DNA of 64,000 nucleotides from an uncultured archaeon (GTDB taxonomy: Archaea; Thermoplasmatota; Penumbrarchaeia; JASLWR01): contig CAYFHS010000007.1 in the NCBI GenBank assembly GCA_964342815.1, forward strand, positions 32,001-96,000. The letters are read 5' to 3'. Of this stretch, positions 28,051-37,447 are shown piece after piece. How positions within the stretch are numbered: the first letter of the stretch is position 1; each line of letters begins with the position of its first letter. Position numbers and translations under genes: made by a program. The notes beneath the pieces are model-generated. The model did no database searches. It worked only from the letters and a program-made list of their open reading frames with translations, and was not told where the DNA came from.

Positions 28051-28632
28051 ATGAATAGAATGAAAGAGAACCGGAGAATTCTGGCCATCGACGACGGGCC
28101 TTTCAAGTTCGGGGACCCCACTGCCGATATCGTGGGTGTTCTCTCCCGAGGTCCCTCTTATATAGAGGTTATAATGAAGAGTTATGTTGAAGTGGACGGC
28201 CGTGATTCAACAGAAAAGATAATTTCAATGATCAAAAGCAGTGGATACACAGAGCAGGTGAGTCTCATATTGCTTGACGGAGCTGCTTTTGGGGGATTCA
28301 ACGTTTTTGATATATTCGAGATCAACGAAAAGTTGGACATCCCTGTCATGACCGTTACGCGTAGATCCCCGGATATTGAACGGATTAAAAATGCACTATC
28401 GGCCCACTTCGAGGATTGGAGTGAGCGATTGGCAATAATAACAAAAGGAAATATCCATGAGCTGACGGTAAATGGGGGTAAGGTCTACGTGAAGCCAGCA
28501 GGGTTGGAGATAAGCGAAGGCCGGGCCGTTCTTACGAGATTCACGGTACAGGGGCTCATCCCGGAACCTTTACGCATGGCTCACATGGTTGCTGCAGTCC
28601 TGAAAAAGAATATTAGCTCGGGAAAAGCATAA
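28051..28632 (+). CDS. DUF99 / endonuclease V-like protein
   Basis: ILAIDDGPF, VDGRDST, LLDGAAFGGFNV, IPEPLRMAH. Confidence 0.88.
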   Translation: MNRMKENRRILAIDDGPFKFGDPTADIVGVLSRGPSYIEVIMKSYVEVDGRDSTEKIISMIKSSGYTEQVSLILLDGAAFGGFNVFDIFEINEKLDIPVMTVTRRSPDIERIKNALSAHFEDWSERLAIITKGNIHELTVNGGKVYVKPAGLEISEGRAVLTRFTVQGLIPEPLRMAHMVAAVLKKNISSGKA

Positions 28633-28647
28633 AATCGTCCAATTCGG

Positions 28648-29409
28648 TCATTCCTCTGTTTTGGTTTTCACCTTTCGTCTCTTAGTGGGTCTCTTGGACA
28701 GGTCTTGTGATTTGTATATGGAATACGGCACCTTGGTGCGTTTTCTTTTCGCCCTGGGACTCTCCAAATCATCTTCACTTTCCTCGATTATAATCGGTTC
28801 CACGATCAGAGATTTGAAGGTCTTATCGAACTCCCGCAACAGCTCACGCTTGAACATCTCAAGTTTCCCCTGCCCCTGTTCCCACTCCAGTTCCAGTTGA
28901 GAGATGGTCCCTACTGCCATGACATCGAAATAAGATTTCAGCATCTTTTCAAAAAAGAAATCCTTGAGTACTTCGAATTCCAGGCTTGAAATGTTCATAT
29001 TCATTGCCAGATACCTGCTCCCTAAATATTTACAGAGTTTCTGCAAATTGATGTTTTCATATGAAAATAAGGTCTGCCCAATTTTAATTCCCGGAAAGAT
29101 GCTCTTGAAACGGTTCTGGTTCTCGGGATTATCCATTATGGAAATGAACTTCTTTATAGGCGTAATGTTCTTCTTCGTGAAATATTCACTCAAGTGTTTA
29201 AGGTTCTTCAATTCCCGGATATCGGTTTTTTCCATAATATTGGTAATATCGAGATTATGCATCAGGACAGCCCCAAGATACAAGCTCGTAGAATCCTCAA
29301 TATCGGCGTAATATATCTTTGAAAGAGGATGAGCCGATTCTTTTGAGATGAATTCCATTGTTCTTTTCAATTTTGAGGAAACCTTCAAAGCAAAGATCTT
29401 TTTTCCCAT
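28648..29409 (-). CDS. Hypothetical protein with basic C-terminal tail
   Basis: 253-aa ORF filling the gap; GGTGA-like RBS upstream; no recognised motif. Confidence 0.6.
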   Translation of the reverse strand: MGKKIFALKVSSKLKRTMEFISKESAHPLSKIYYADIEDSTSLYLGAVLMHNLDITNIMEKTDIRELKNLKHLSEYFTKKNITPIKKFISIMDNPENQNRFKSIFPGIKIGQTLFSYENINLQKLCKYLGSRYLAMNMNISSLEFEVLKDFFFEKMLKSYFDVMAVGTISQLELEWEQGQGKLEMFKRELLREFDKTFKSLIVEPIIIEESEDDLESPRAKRKRTKVPYSIYKSQDLSKRPTKRRKVKTKTEE

Positions 29410-29591
29410 TTTTCACACCTGATCGCTCAATTTACAAGTACAATCGTTAAATATATGTTAAACTATTTATTAGTATTCGTTTAATAATATTATATCATAT
29501 TGTTAACGATTGGTTTAATATCACTACCAAAATATTTATATTCCAAAGAAAGCGATTAGGGGTAAAATGAATTTTTCCAGAGGTAGATAAA

Positions 29592-32500
29592 ATGGGAACA
29601 AACGAGATAGCAAAACGAACGATAAACATAATGATAGTCATCAGCATGATTTTGGGGTCCCTTTCAGCATTAGTTTTCCTTGCGGATCGGGTCAGCGCGG
29701 GACCAATAGTGAGTATTGAGGTCACAGGTCAGAAAAGCGGTGGTGCCACGGAGAGTGGAGATCCAGGTGACGATATCCTGTTCAATGTGAGAGTGGAGAA
29801 CAATGGAGACGCTATTGCTACCATCAACCTTACTGTAATTGGCACTCCCGGTGGATGGACCACAACCTTAACGGGAAAGAACTTCACAGTAGCCGCCGGA
29901 AATCATCAAACTGAGATACTCCGGGTGAGTATTCCCGCCAATGCGGTGGAAACCGCTTCGGCTTCATTGACCGTAAAGTGCAGCACAAATAACAAACAGG
30001 ATTCATGTGAGGTATTGGTGGACCAGGTATACGGACTTATCTTTGAAACCGCTGATACAATCGAATCCTCACTCCCTGATAAAACAATAACATTCACCTT
30101 ACCCATAAACAATACTGGAAATGGTATCGATACCACATCGTTCACATCCAGCGGAGCTCCGGGCACATGGGCCGTTTCGTTCGATTCCACAAAGAACCTG
30201 CCTGCTTTCACGGTTGCGAATCTCCAGGTCGCCGTGTACATACCCGAGAGTGCTTCCACCGGGACATACAGCGTCACCATCAGGGGAACTTCCGAAGACA
30301 CTGTTACCTACTCAACGAAAACATTGACCATTACCGTGCTCGCTGAATACGGGCTCACAGTCAGCACACTACCTTCGGGAAACCAGCAAAGCAAGCCAGG
30401 AGGAAGGGTGACTTACACTCTTAATGTCGAGAACGTGGGCAATGCTAGAGACCGATTTGATCTTGCCATAGATACCGGCAACAAGACCGGTGGATGGACC
30501 GCCACTCTAGGAACTGCCCGAACTCCACAGGTTTCTGCAGGCGCGAAATATAATGTATCTTTATATGTGACGGCTCCCATTAGTGCCAAGGACACTGATC
30601 TGGGATATGTCAATGTAACGGCCACGTCCCAGAACAACGCCAGCCAATCCGAAGTGGCTTATACCATAACCAACGTACTCCAGGAAAGATACCTTTCCCT
30701 GTCCGTTGATAATTCATCGGTAGAGGGACCTCAGAAGGGATCGGTCCGCTTCACTTTTACGGTTACCAATTCAGGAAACGGCCAGGACCGTGTTGATATA
30801 ACCGGTGAGCCCCCGCAGGGGTGGTCCTCACCCAATATATCGCCCACTTATTTTGCACTTGCAGCAGGAGCCTCGGGGCAGTTCACGGTGGATCAGGGGA
30901 TACCATCCGATGCACTGCACCAGGGTTATACCTTGATAGTCAAGGCCAAATCCAGGGATGACAATACGAACAGCACATCCAGCGTAACTGTGGACGTGAC
31001 GCAGAAATACGGGATTCAGGTCACGGTACCCGGCTCGAACTCCAAGGATTTCAATCCAGGAGCCACAAAGGTATATAACTTCACAGTGAAGAACAAAGGA
31101 AATGGTGAGGACACTTTCTCAATTTCCCAAAGCGGGATACCTCAAGGGTGGTCATGGGCATTATCCGACAGCAGTGTTTCCCTTGGAGCAGACAAGGACC
31201 AGAACGTGGGATTGACCGTCACCGTACCCAACAACTACGAGAACTTCGGGCCTTTGGAGGTTGAACTGATCGCGGTATCCGATGGGAACGCCACCGCAAG
31301 GGACAACTCTACAAAGATAATCATCAACGTACAGAAGTCTTACAGCGTTGTTCTCACCTGCAATAATCCGAACCAGAACGGATTCCCGGAAGACACCATA
31401 TATTACGAGATCACCATAACCAATGACGGTAACGCGGAGGATCTTATAGACATATCCATTGACCAAGGAGCTTACAGCGATTGGTCTTCCATAAACGACA
31501 CTCTCTACACCATTGCTCCAAACGCACGCTCAACGGTAAACCTGACCGTTAATATTCCCGCCGCCCAGGCCGCAGGATACTATAACATTAATATAACGGC
31601 AACATCCAAACGGGCAGAGGACCAGGGTGCGACTAAAAAAGATACAATGGCAACCCGCACCAGGGTCAAACCACTTTACAGCGTATATCTATTTGCTGAC
31701 GGGGGCAACGTTTCCGAGGTCGATGCAGGTCAAAGCAATACTTACCGCCTTGGCGTGCAGAACCGGGGGCTTGATACGGATACCTTTGATATTTCCATTA
31801 CTGGCGACAACCCTTTCACGAACTGGGTTAATATGGAATACAATAATTATACAATCGAGAACCTTGGAAAGGATAAAATCGAAAAGATTTCCTTTGACAT
31901 AACGATCCCGGCAAACGTATTTGAAAACTATCCCAAAATCAACTCGGGTACCATCACCATCACTGCAGCATCAAGAGGCAATCCCGCCAGTACTTTTACT
32001 CTAAATTTCGAAACTACAGTGAAACCCAAGTTCGGAGGTTCTCTGACATCGGAGAGCGACTACGACAAAGCGCTCCCGGGAGCAAATGTCACATTCGTTG
32101 TATTTCTGAAGAACACGGGTTCCCTGGCCAATGATACATTCGGTCTGAAATCGTCCGACTGCCCCTTCGATCAGATCACCATCACCCCTTCCCAGGTTGT
32201 GGTCAACCGTACCGAATTCCAGCAGTTCCAGGTCGTGGTATTGATAGATGACGATGCGAAAGAGGGAAATCATTTTTTCAACGTCACTGCAAGAACGGCG
32301 GGATCCGACCGGGTATTATCGAGAGATGACGAGATCATTGCAACACTGCAGCTGAAGATCGGCGTTATACAGCGCTACGGGGCCAGAGCTTCCTGTGCTC
32401 TTCAAACCCAGGATGTGGCACCAAATAACTGGGTCACTTACGAGATCGAAATAGAGAACGAGGGAAACGGCCTGGACACCTTCGATATAACCAAGGATTC

Positions 32501-35500
32501 CACGGTGGTGGGTCACATAGGTTGGGCCACCATCAACATTTCCCGGGTTTATCTCGAGAGCGACGAAACGGTCAAGGTGGAGCTAAATGTATCTATCCCC
32601 AATTCAGTCCAACCCATAAACGTGATCATCTACGTGAATGCCACCTCAAGAGGCGATAACACTGTGGTTGCCAGCATACGGACCGTTACCACTGTTACCC
32701 AAGACTTTGACCTTAAACTTTCCCCAGTTGCTGAAGAGAAGAAAACAGATCCCGGCGCCATGGTCAAATTCTTGGTTGACGTGAAGAACAAGGGGACGGG
32801 CAACGATGAGATTGAGGTCACTATCGGCGCTGGAGCTTATAAGGTCTGGGCCAATATCCCGCAGGAGATGCTGGTATTCACACTTGCGCCCAATGCGGTC
32901 AAGCGGATAACCGTCAATGTAACACCTCCGGAAGATCAGAACGATGGAAAATATCAGATAATTTTCAGGGCGGAATCCCAGACCAGTCCGGAAGAACTGA
33001 TTGTGGTTACTACCTTGACCGTAGAGGTCAAACCCAAGAGGGATCTTTCACTTGAAGTAGCCGAGGACAGGAAAGAGGTCATACCAAATCTCAGCGGCAG
33101 CGAGGCAACCGTGACCTACTCTCTGAAGGTAACTAACGAGGGAACGGCCAGCGATACCTTCAAGCTGGTGATCAGGGGGGTTGGCGATGATCCCAATTCC
33201 GGTCATCCATCATGGGTAAAATTATCCACAAGATCCATTGGTGCCCTGGCCGCTGACAAGGACACCACGGTAACCGTTACTGTTGAGATACCGAACAAGC
33301 AAGCTCCCACAGATACCGACGGATTCAACACAACCATCTATGTTTACTCTCCAGGAGGAGATGGAGTCGCGGACGACATTGGTAAAACCATAACAATGGT
33401 CACCGTGATCAAAACCGCATATGGGCTGGAATTATCCTCCTCCAAGAAGCGCTTGGAAACGCCGGACCTCACAACCCTTTCCGCTTCGAGCAGGGAAGTG
33501 CAATTTGCTTTCAAGGTGAAAAACATTGGTACCGGAGACGATACCGTCAAGTTTGAAATAGACCAGAAACCCACCGGTTGGGAAGGGATATCTTTCGACA
33601 CAGGCACCGAAGATATTACCAAGGGATTTACCATGAGCCACACACTGACTGTGAAGATAGACCGTGAAGTGGCAGTTGACGATTACGACATAGAGATCAA
33701 GGTCATTTCGAGAGGCGATGATACTCTTTATGCGGATACGGACGAATACGAGACAATGAAATTCACCGTGGAGGTGACGCAGATACACCATATCAAGCTC
33801 ACCGCCGCCCAAACCTCCAAGGAGGCGAAGCCGGGGGACACGTTAACTTACACGCTTACCGTGAAGAACCGGGGCAACCAGATGGATTCCATTACACTTG
33901 ATCTCCCCAACGAGATAATCTACTGGAGCACTCGAACCATCTCTCCACGGACCGTTGATATAGAAGCGGATGCAACCATCGATATTACGGTAACATGCCG
34001 GATATCCAGCGATTATACCGAAGCCCTCGAAGATACCTATTATACAAACATATCGGCCACGGCTGGCGAGGGAGCCGATGAGTACAAGGCATACGTTGAG
34101 CTTACCACCCTCATCTCACAGGAGTACAAACTTGAAGTGACCAGCCGCGACCTGGTATTGAAAGGGAAGGTTGATGTTAATAGGGGTGAAAAGTCAAAGG
34201 AAATCGTATTCAAATTTGAAGTCAAGAACAAAGGCAACGGAAAGGACAGTTTCAAGTTCGATCTTACCGGGGACTACTATAATTGGGGAAGTCTAAAAAC
34301 GGCCACCTCGGACGAACTGGAAGCAGGTGAGTCTCAAGAGATAGAGGTTACCGTGACCATAGGAGACGATTTTGACAAATACAAGGCTGATGATTATAAA
34401 ATTGGCCTCACCGTAAAATCGCAGGGAGATGAGGATGTTGAAAATACGGAAATAGAATTTACACTGACCATTGAAGAGGTATTTTCCCTAGATCTAACGA
34501 AAGATAATTCCATAACCATCAATCTCGCGGAGAAATCCTCTGGTTCACTGGATGTGGAAGTGGAAAACGTTGGGAACAAGGATGACACGGTCAGGTTCAC
34601 TGTGAGGGATAGCCCCGATGACTGGACCGTTAGCATTCTCCCCTCTACCAAGATGATCAAAATGGGAAACCTGCAGACCGTTTCCATCGAGGTCACACCG
34701 GACGATGACGTTGAGGAGAACTCTGACGACGACGAATACAAGATAATCATACGGGCCACCAGCGATGACGGTACCTATACTGACTTCTTCTTCTATGTAA
34801 ACATCGAAATGCCAGTCCTGGAGATAACGGGGATCGCTTTCGAGGATACTGTGGAAGACGGTAAGGAAACCACAATAACCGTCACCGTGAAAAACACAGG
34901 CAAAGCCGACGCCGAAGACGTGCTTGTCACGCTGTATGACAAGACGAAGAAGATGACCATAGGATCCTTCGAGGTATCGATAAAGGGAGTCGGTGATAGC
35001 GGTGAAGCGGTAATCGAAACATACGATTTCAGCGACTGGGCCAAGAACAAAATAACCAAAGGAAAACACAAGATTGAAGCAAGCCTTACCAACGAGCCCT
35101 CTAGCGAAGTGGACGAGCTAGAAAAGACGGTGGATGTCTCTGGTGAAGAAAAGAGTTGGATCAACGAGAAACAGGCCCAGTATACTCTTGGCGGACTTGT
35201 GCTCTTCTTTATTGTGGTAATAATCATCGTGCTTGTATTCTCCCGCTCGAAGAGACCCATTCCCGAGGACTTGAAAGAAGAGCTCGCAAAGGCCAAAGCG
35301 GAAGCCGAGAGGGAGAGACCCAGGGACGAAGCGGATGACGAGAAGGATGTAAAGAAAGTGAAAAAAGATGAGATAGAAAAGCTTCTGACCAAAAAGACCC
35401 TTCCATCTAAAGCCCAGGCGGCCCTCCCCCAAAGCACGAAAAAGGAAAAGGACGAGAAAAAACCTGTAAAACAGGTGAAGATAAAGTGTCCCAAATGTGA

Positions 35501-35585
35501 GAGCATACAGACGGTCACCAACCAGAAACGGCCGCTGGAATTCGAATGTGAAGACTGTGGTATGAAACTGATCCTGAAAAAATAG
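29592..35585 (+). CDS. Giant surface protein: tandem NEW3/NPCBM-associated Ig-like repeats, CARDB-like domain, TM, cytoplasmic Zn ribbon
   Basis: About 16 repeats of Y/F-x-V-x-N-x-GN-xx-D-x-F; signal peptide; TM LGGLVLFFIVVIIIVLVF; CPKC...CEDC at the C-terminus. Confidence 0.8.
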   Translation: MGTNEIAKRTINIMIVISMILGSLSALVFLADRVSAGPIVSIEVTGQKSGGATESGDPGDDILFNVRVENNGDAIATINLTVIGTPGGWTTTLTGKNFTVAAGNHQTEILRVSIPANAVETASASLTVKCSTNNKQDSCEVLVDQVYGLIFETADTIESSLPDKTITFTLPINNTGNGIDTTSFTSSGAPGTWAVSFDSTKNLPAFTVANLQVAVYIPESASTGTYSVTIRGTSEDTVTYSTKTLTITVLAEYGLTVSTLPSGNQQSKPGGRVTYTLNVENVGNARDRFDLAIDTGNKTGGWTATLGTARTPQVSAGAKYNVSLYVTAPISAKDTDLGYVNVTATSQNNASQSEVAYTITNVLQERYLSLSVDNSSVEGPQKGSVRFTFTVTNSGNGQDRVDITGEPPQGWSSPNISPTYFALAAGASGQFTVDQGIPSDALHQGYTLIVKAKSRDDNTNSTSSVTVDVTQKYGIQVTVPGSNSKDFNPGATKVYNFTVKNKGNGEDTFSISQSGIPQGWSWALSDSSVSLGADKDQNVGLTVTVPNNYENFGPLEVELIAVSDGNATARDNSTKIIINVQKSYSVVLTCNNPNQNGFPEDTIYYEITITNDGNAEDLIDISIDQGAYSDWSSINDTLYTIAPNARSTVNLTVNIPAAQAAGYYNINITATSKRAEDQGATKKDTMATRTRVKPLYSVYLFADGGNVSEVDAGQSNTYRLGVQNRGLDTDTFDISITGDNPFTNWVNMEYNNYTIENLGKDKIEKISFDITIPANVFENYPKINSGTITITAASRGNPASTFTLNFETTVKPKFGGSLTSESDYDKALPGANVTFVVFLKNTGSLANDTFGLKSSDCPFDQITITPSQVVVNRTEFQQFQVVVLIDDDAKEGNHFFNVTARTAGSDRVLSRDDEIIATLQLKIGVIQRYGARASCALQTQDVAPNNWVTYEIEIENEGNGLDTFDITKDSTVVGHIGWATINISRVYLESDETVKVELNVSIPNSVQPINVIIYVNATSRGDNTVVASIRTVTTVTQDFDLKLSPVAEEKKTDPGAMVKFLVDVKNKGTGNDEIEVTIGAGAYKVWANIPQEMLVFTLAPNAVKRITVNVTPPEDQNDGKYQIIFRAESQTSPEELIVVTTLTVEVKPKRDLSLEVAEDRKEVIPNLSGSEATVTYSLKVTNEGTASDTFKLVIRGVGDDPNSGHPSWVKLSTRSIGALAADKDTTVTVTVEIPNKQAPTDTDGFNTTIYVYSPGGDGVADDIGKTITMVTVIKTAYGLELSSSKKRLETPDLTTLSASSREVQFAFKVKNIGTGDDTVKFEIDQKPTGWEGISFDTGTEDITKGFTMSHTLTVKIDREVAVDDYDIEIKVISRGDDTLYADTDEYETMKFTVEVTQIHHIKLTAAQTSKEAKPGDTLTYTLTVKNRGNQMDSITLDLPNEIIYWSTRTISPRTVDIEADATIDITVTCRISSDYTEALEDTYYTNISATAGEGADEYKAYVELTTLISQEYKLEVTSRDLVLKGKVDVNRGEKSKEIVFKFEVKNKGNGKDSFKFDLTGDYYNWGSLKTATSDELEAGESQEIEVTVTIGDDFDKYKADDYKIGLTVKSQGDEDVENTEIEFTLTIEEVFSLDLTKDNSITINLAEKSSGSLDVEVENVGNKDDTVRFTVRDSPDDWTVSILPSTKMIKMGNLQTVSIEVTPDDDVEENSDDDEYKIIIRATSDDGTYTDFFFYVNIEMPVLEITGIAFEDTVEDGKETTITVTVKNTGKADAEDVLVTLYDKTKKMTIGSFEVSIKGVGDSGEAVIETYDFSDWAKNKITKGKHKIEASLTNEPSSEVDELEKTVDVSGEEKSWINEKQAQYTLGGLVLFFIVVIIIVLVFSRSKRPIPEDLKEELAKAKAEAERERPRDEADDEKDVKKVKKDEIEKLLTKKTLPSKAQAALPQSTKKEKDEKKPVKQVKIKCPKCESIQTVTNQKRPLEFECEDCGMKLILKK

Positions 35586-35598
35586 TTTATTATAATTC

Positions 35599-35633
35599 GG
35601 GGGGCGAATCCCCCCCATTTTCTTTCTTTTTTT
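35599..35633 (+). terminator. GC hairpin plus T tract after the giant surface-protein gene
   Basis: GGGGGG-CGAAT-CCCCCC followed by ATTTTCTTTCTTTTTTT. Confidence 0.65.
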
Positions 35634-35696
35634 ACTTAAAAAAGTTTTATCGAAAATAATAATATCAAAGAGTTATATTTCTCCAAAAAACTTCAT

Positions 35697-35770
35697 GGCT
35701 GAGATAGTGTAGCCTGGCAGCATATGGGACTGTGGATCCTCTGGCCCGGGTTCAAATCCCGGTCTCGGCC
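35697..35770 (+). tRNA. tRNA-His(GTG) with genomically encoded G-1
   Basis: Acceptor GCTGAGA/TCTCGGC, anticodon loop CT-GTG-GA, T arm CCGGG-TTCAAAT-CCCGG, discriminator C, G at 35697 preceding G1. Confidence 0.95.
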
Positions 35771-35825
35771 CTTTTTTTATTTATCGCGATACATTAAATA
35801 ATTCAAAAAATAGCGTGCTAACCGC

Positions 35826-35915
35826 TGTTACGATGATGAAAACTAACGTGGACTGAATCATTGGGCCCGCCTCGCGGCACCCAAAGGTGATGACTGACGG
35901 GCAGTCTGAGTAACG
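35826..35915 (+). ncRNA. Box C/D guide sRNA
   Basis: C ATGATGA 35833-39, D' CTGA 35853-56, C' GTGATGA 35887-93, D CTGA 35906-09, terminal stem TGTTAC/GTAACG, upstream ATTAAATA TATA-like box at 35793-35800. Confidence 0.88.
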
Positions 35916-35945
35916 GGATAATCAGAATTTCAAGGTGATGTAGTT

Positions 35946-36785
35946 GTGTCGTTGATAGACCTGATGAAAAGCTTGCAGGATTCCGGCAGCCCCTTCGCAC
36001 TCCTGACGGTGGTAGAAGCTAGTTCATCAACTCCCAGAAAGCAGGGCGCCCGAATGATCGTTGAATCCCGGGGCCGGACTACCGGCACCATGGGCGGAGG
36101 CCCTGTGGAGAAACGTGCCGCTGCCGCAGCAGAGGAAATGCTATTCTCCGGGGGTAAATCGTCTCTCCTGAAATTTTCGTTGGATGCCCCAAACAACGGT
36201 TCCCCCGATACGGTAGAAACAGGGTCCATATGCGGCGGAAGCATCTCTGTGTTCATCCAGTGTTTTTATCCTCCTGCCAGCTTGCTGATCGTCGGTGGCG
36301 GCCATATTGCAAAATTCATCTACAAATTAGCAAAGGATATGGATTTCGGGATAAGTATTGTCGAAAACCGGGAAGAATTCGCATCGCAGAACCGTTTTCC
36401 CGAAGCAAGGGTCATTCGTGGTAATTACCGCGAGGTCATATCAAGCATCCCGTATAATTCACCCACCTATGTCGTCATATTGACTCACGGACACAAGTTC
36501 GATCAAATTGTGCTTGATACCGTACTGGAAAGGGAATGGGATAATGTTTGTTACGTGGGAATGATGGGCTCGGCAAAGAAGGTTAAGGCAGTTCTTGAAA
36601 ATTCACTTGGGAAGGGAGCAAATCCAGAAAAGGTCAGCAGGATTCGGACACCCATCGGATTGAATATCGGAGCGGCTACGCCACAGGAGATAGCTATCGC
36701 GATAATGGCGGAGATAATTTCCGTCCGTCGTGGGATGGACTTGAATAATTCCCAAATAATGAGCATCGCAGGGACCGTATGCTAA
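35946..36785 (+). CDS. xdhC: XdhC/CoxI molybdenum-hydroxylase maturation factor
   Basis: SSTPRKQGARM, GTMGGGPVE, CGGSISVFI, IVGGGHIA, THGHKFD, TPIGLNIGAATPQEIA. Confidence 0.93.
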   Translation: MSLIDLMKSLQDSGSPFALLTVVEASSSTPRKQGARMIVESRGRTTGTMGGGPVEKRAAAAAEEMLFSGGKSSLLKFSLDAPNNGSPDTVETGSICGGSISVFIQCFYPPASLLIVGGGHIAKFIYKLAKDMDFGISIVENREEFASQNRFPEARVIRGNYREVISSIPYNSPTYVVILTHGHKFDQIVLDTVLEREWDNVCYVGMMGSAKKVKAVLENSLGKGANPEKVSRIRTPIGLNIGAATPQEIAIAIMAEIISVRRGMDLNNSQIMSIAGTVC

Positions 36786-37441
36786 TCTTTAGCATTAACT
36801 ATCTTTTTTACCATCGAGAAGAACATTGCAGCCGTAACCTGGACATCGTGCAGGGCAGAGTGATATTCTGTGGTATCGAATTCGTCCACCTTTTCCCTTC
36901 TGGCGCAATCTGACAGCCTGTGTTTCACGTTCCGTCCGTACATTGTTCGGCTGATCTTCAATGTATCGATTATCTTTTCGGGGTCAACGAGATCGAAACC
37001 CGCCCTGGTCATCTCGGCATTCAGGAAACGGAAATCGAAACTTACGTTATGACCCACCACCTTATTATCTGAGATGAATCCGGCAATTTCCGGTAGCAAT
37101 TCCTCTATATGCGGTTTGTCCCTAACGTCATAATCACTGATGCGGGTAAGGTTCGTGATCCGCCGGGGAATGGGCTTCGCTGGATTAACATATTTATTGA
37201 ATGACTCCCCAGCCAATATCTCTCCCTGATCGATTTTGTATTTCCGGATGGCCACCTCGATTATCCGGTCCCCTCGATTGGCACAGAAACCTGTGGTCTC
37301 AAGGTCCAGTACGACGAAATCCTCCATGGTTTCAAAAATCTGCAAGGCCTTGAAAATATCCGATGATGCTTTATCTGTTTCTTCATCTACCTTTTTCCAG
37401 CATATATCAGAATCTGCCGACAAAACAACACCCTTGACCAA
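36782..37441 (-). CDS. DEDDh 3'-5' exonuclease (DnaQ/PolC-epsilon-like)
   Basis: VVLDLETTG, VGHNVSFD, IDTL, HSALHDV. Confidence 0.9.
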   Translation of the reverse strand: MVKGVVLSADSDICWKKVDEETDKASSDIFKALQIFETMEDFVVLDLETTGFCANRGDRIIEVAIRKYKIDQGEILAGESFNKYVNPAKPIPRRITNLTRISDYDVRDKPHIEELLPEIAGFISDNKVVGHNVSFDFRFLNAEMTRAGFDLVDPEKIIDTLKISRTMYGRNVKHRLSDCARREKVDEFDTTEYHSALHDVQVTAAMFFSMVKKIVNAKD

Positions 37442-37447
37442 AATAAA

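Noticed and set aside
29906-35618. Numerous 60-240 aa antisense ORFs within the giant surface gene
   Set aside because: Expected shadows of a long biased coding sequence; no motifs or RBS support.
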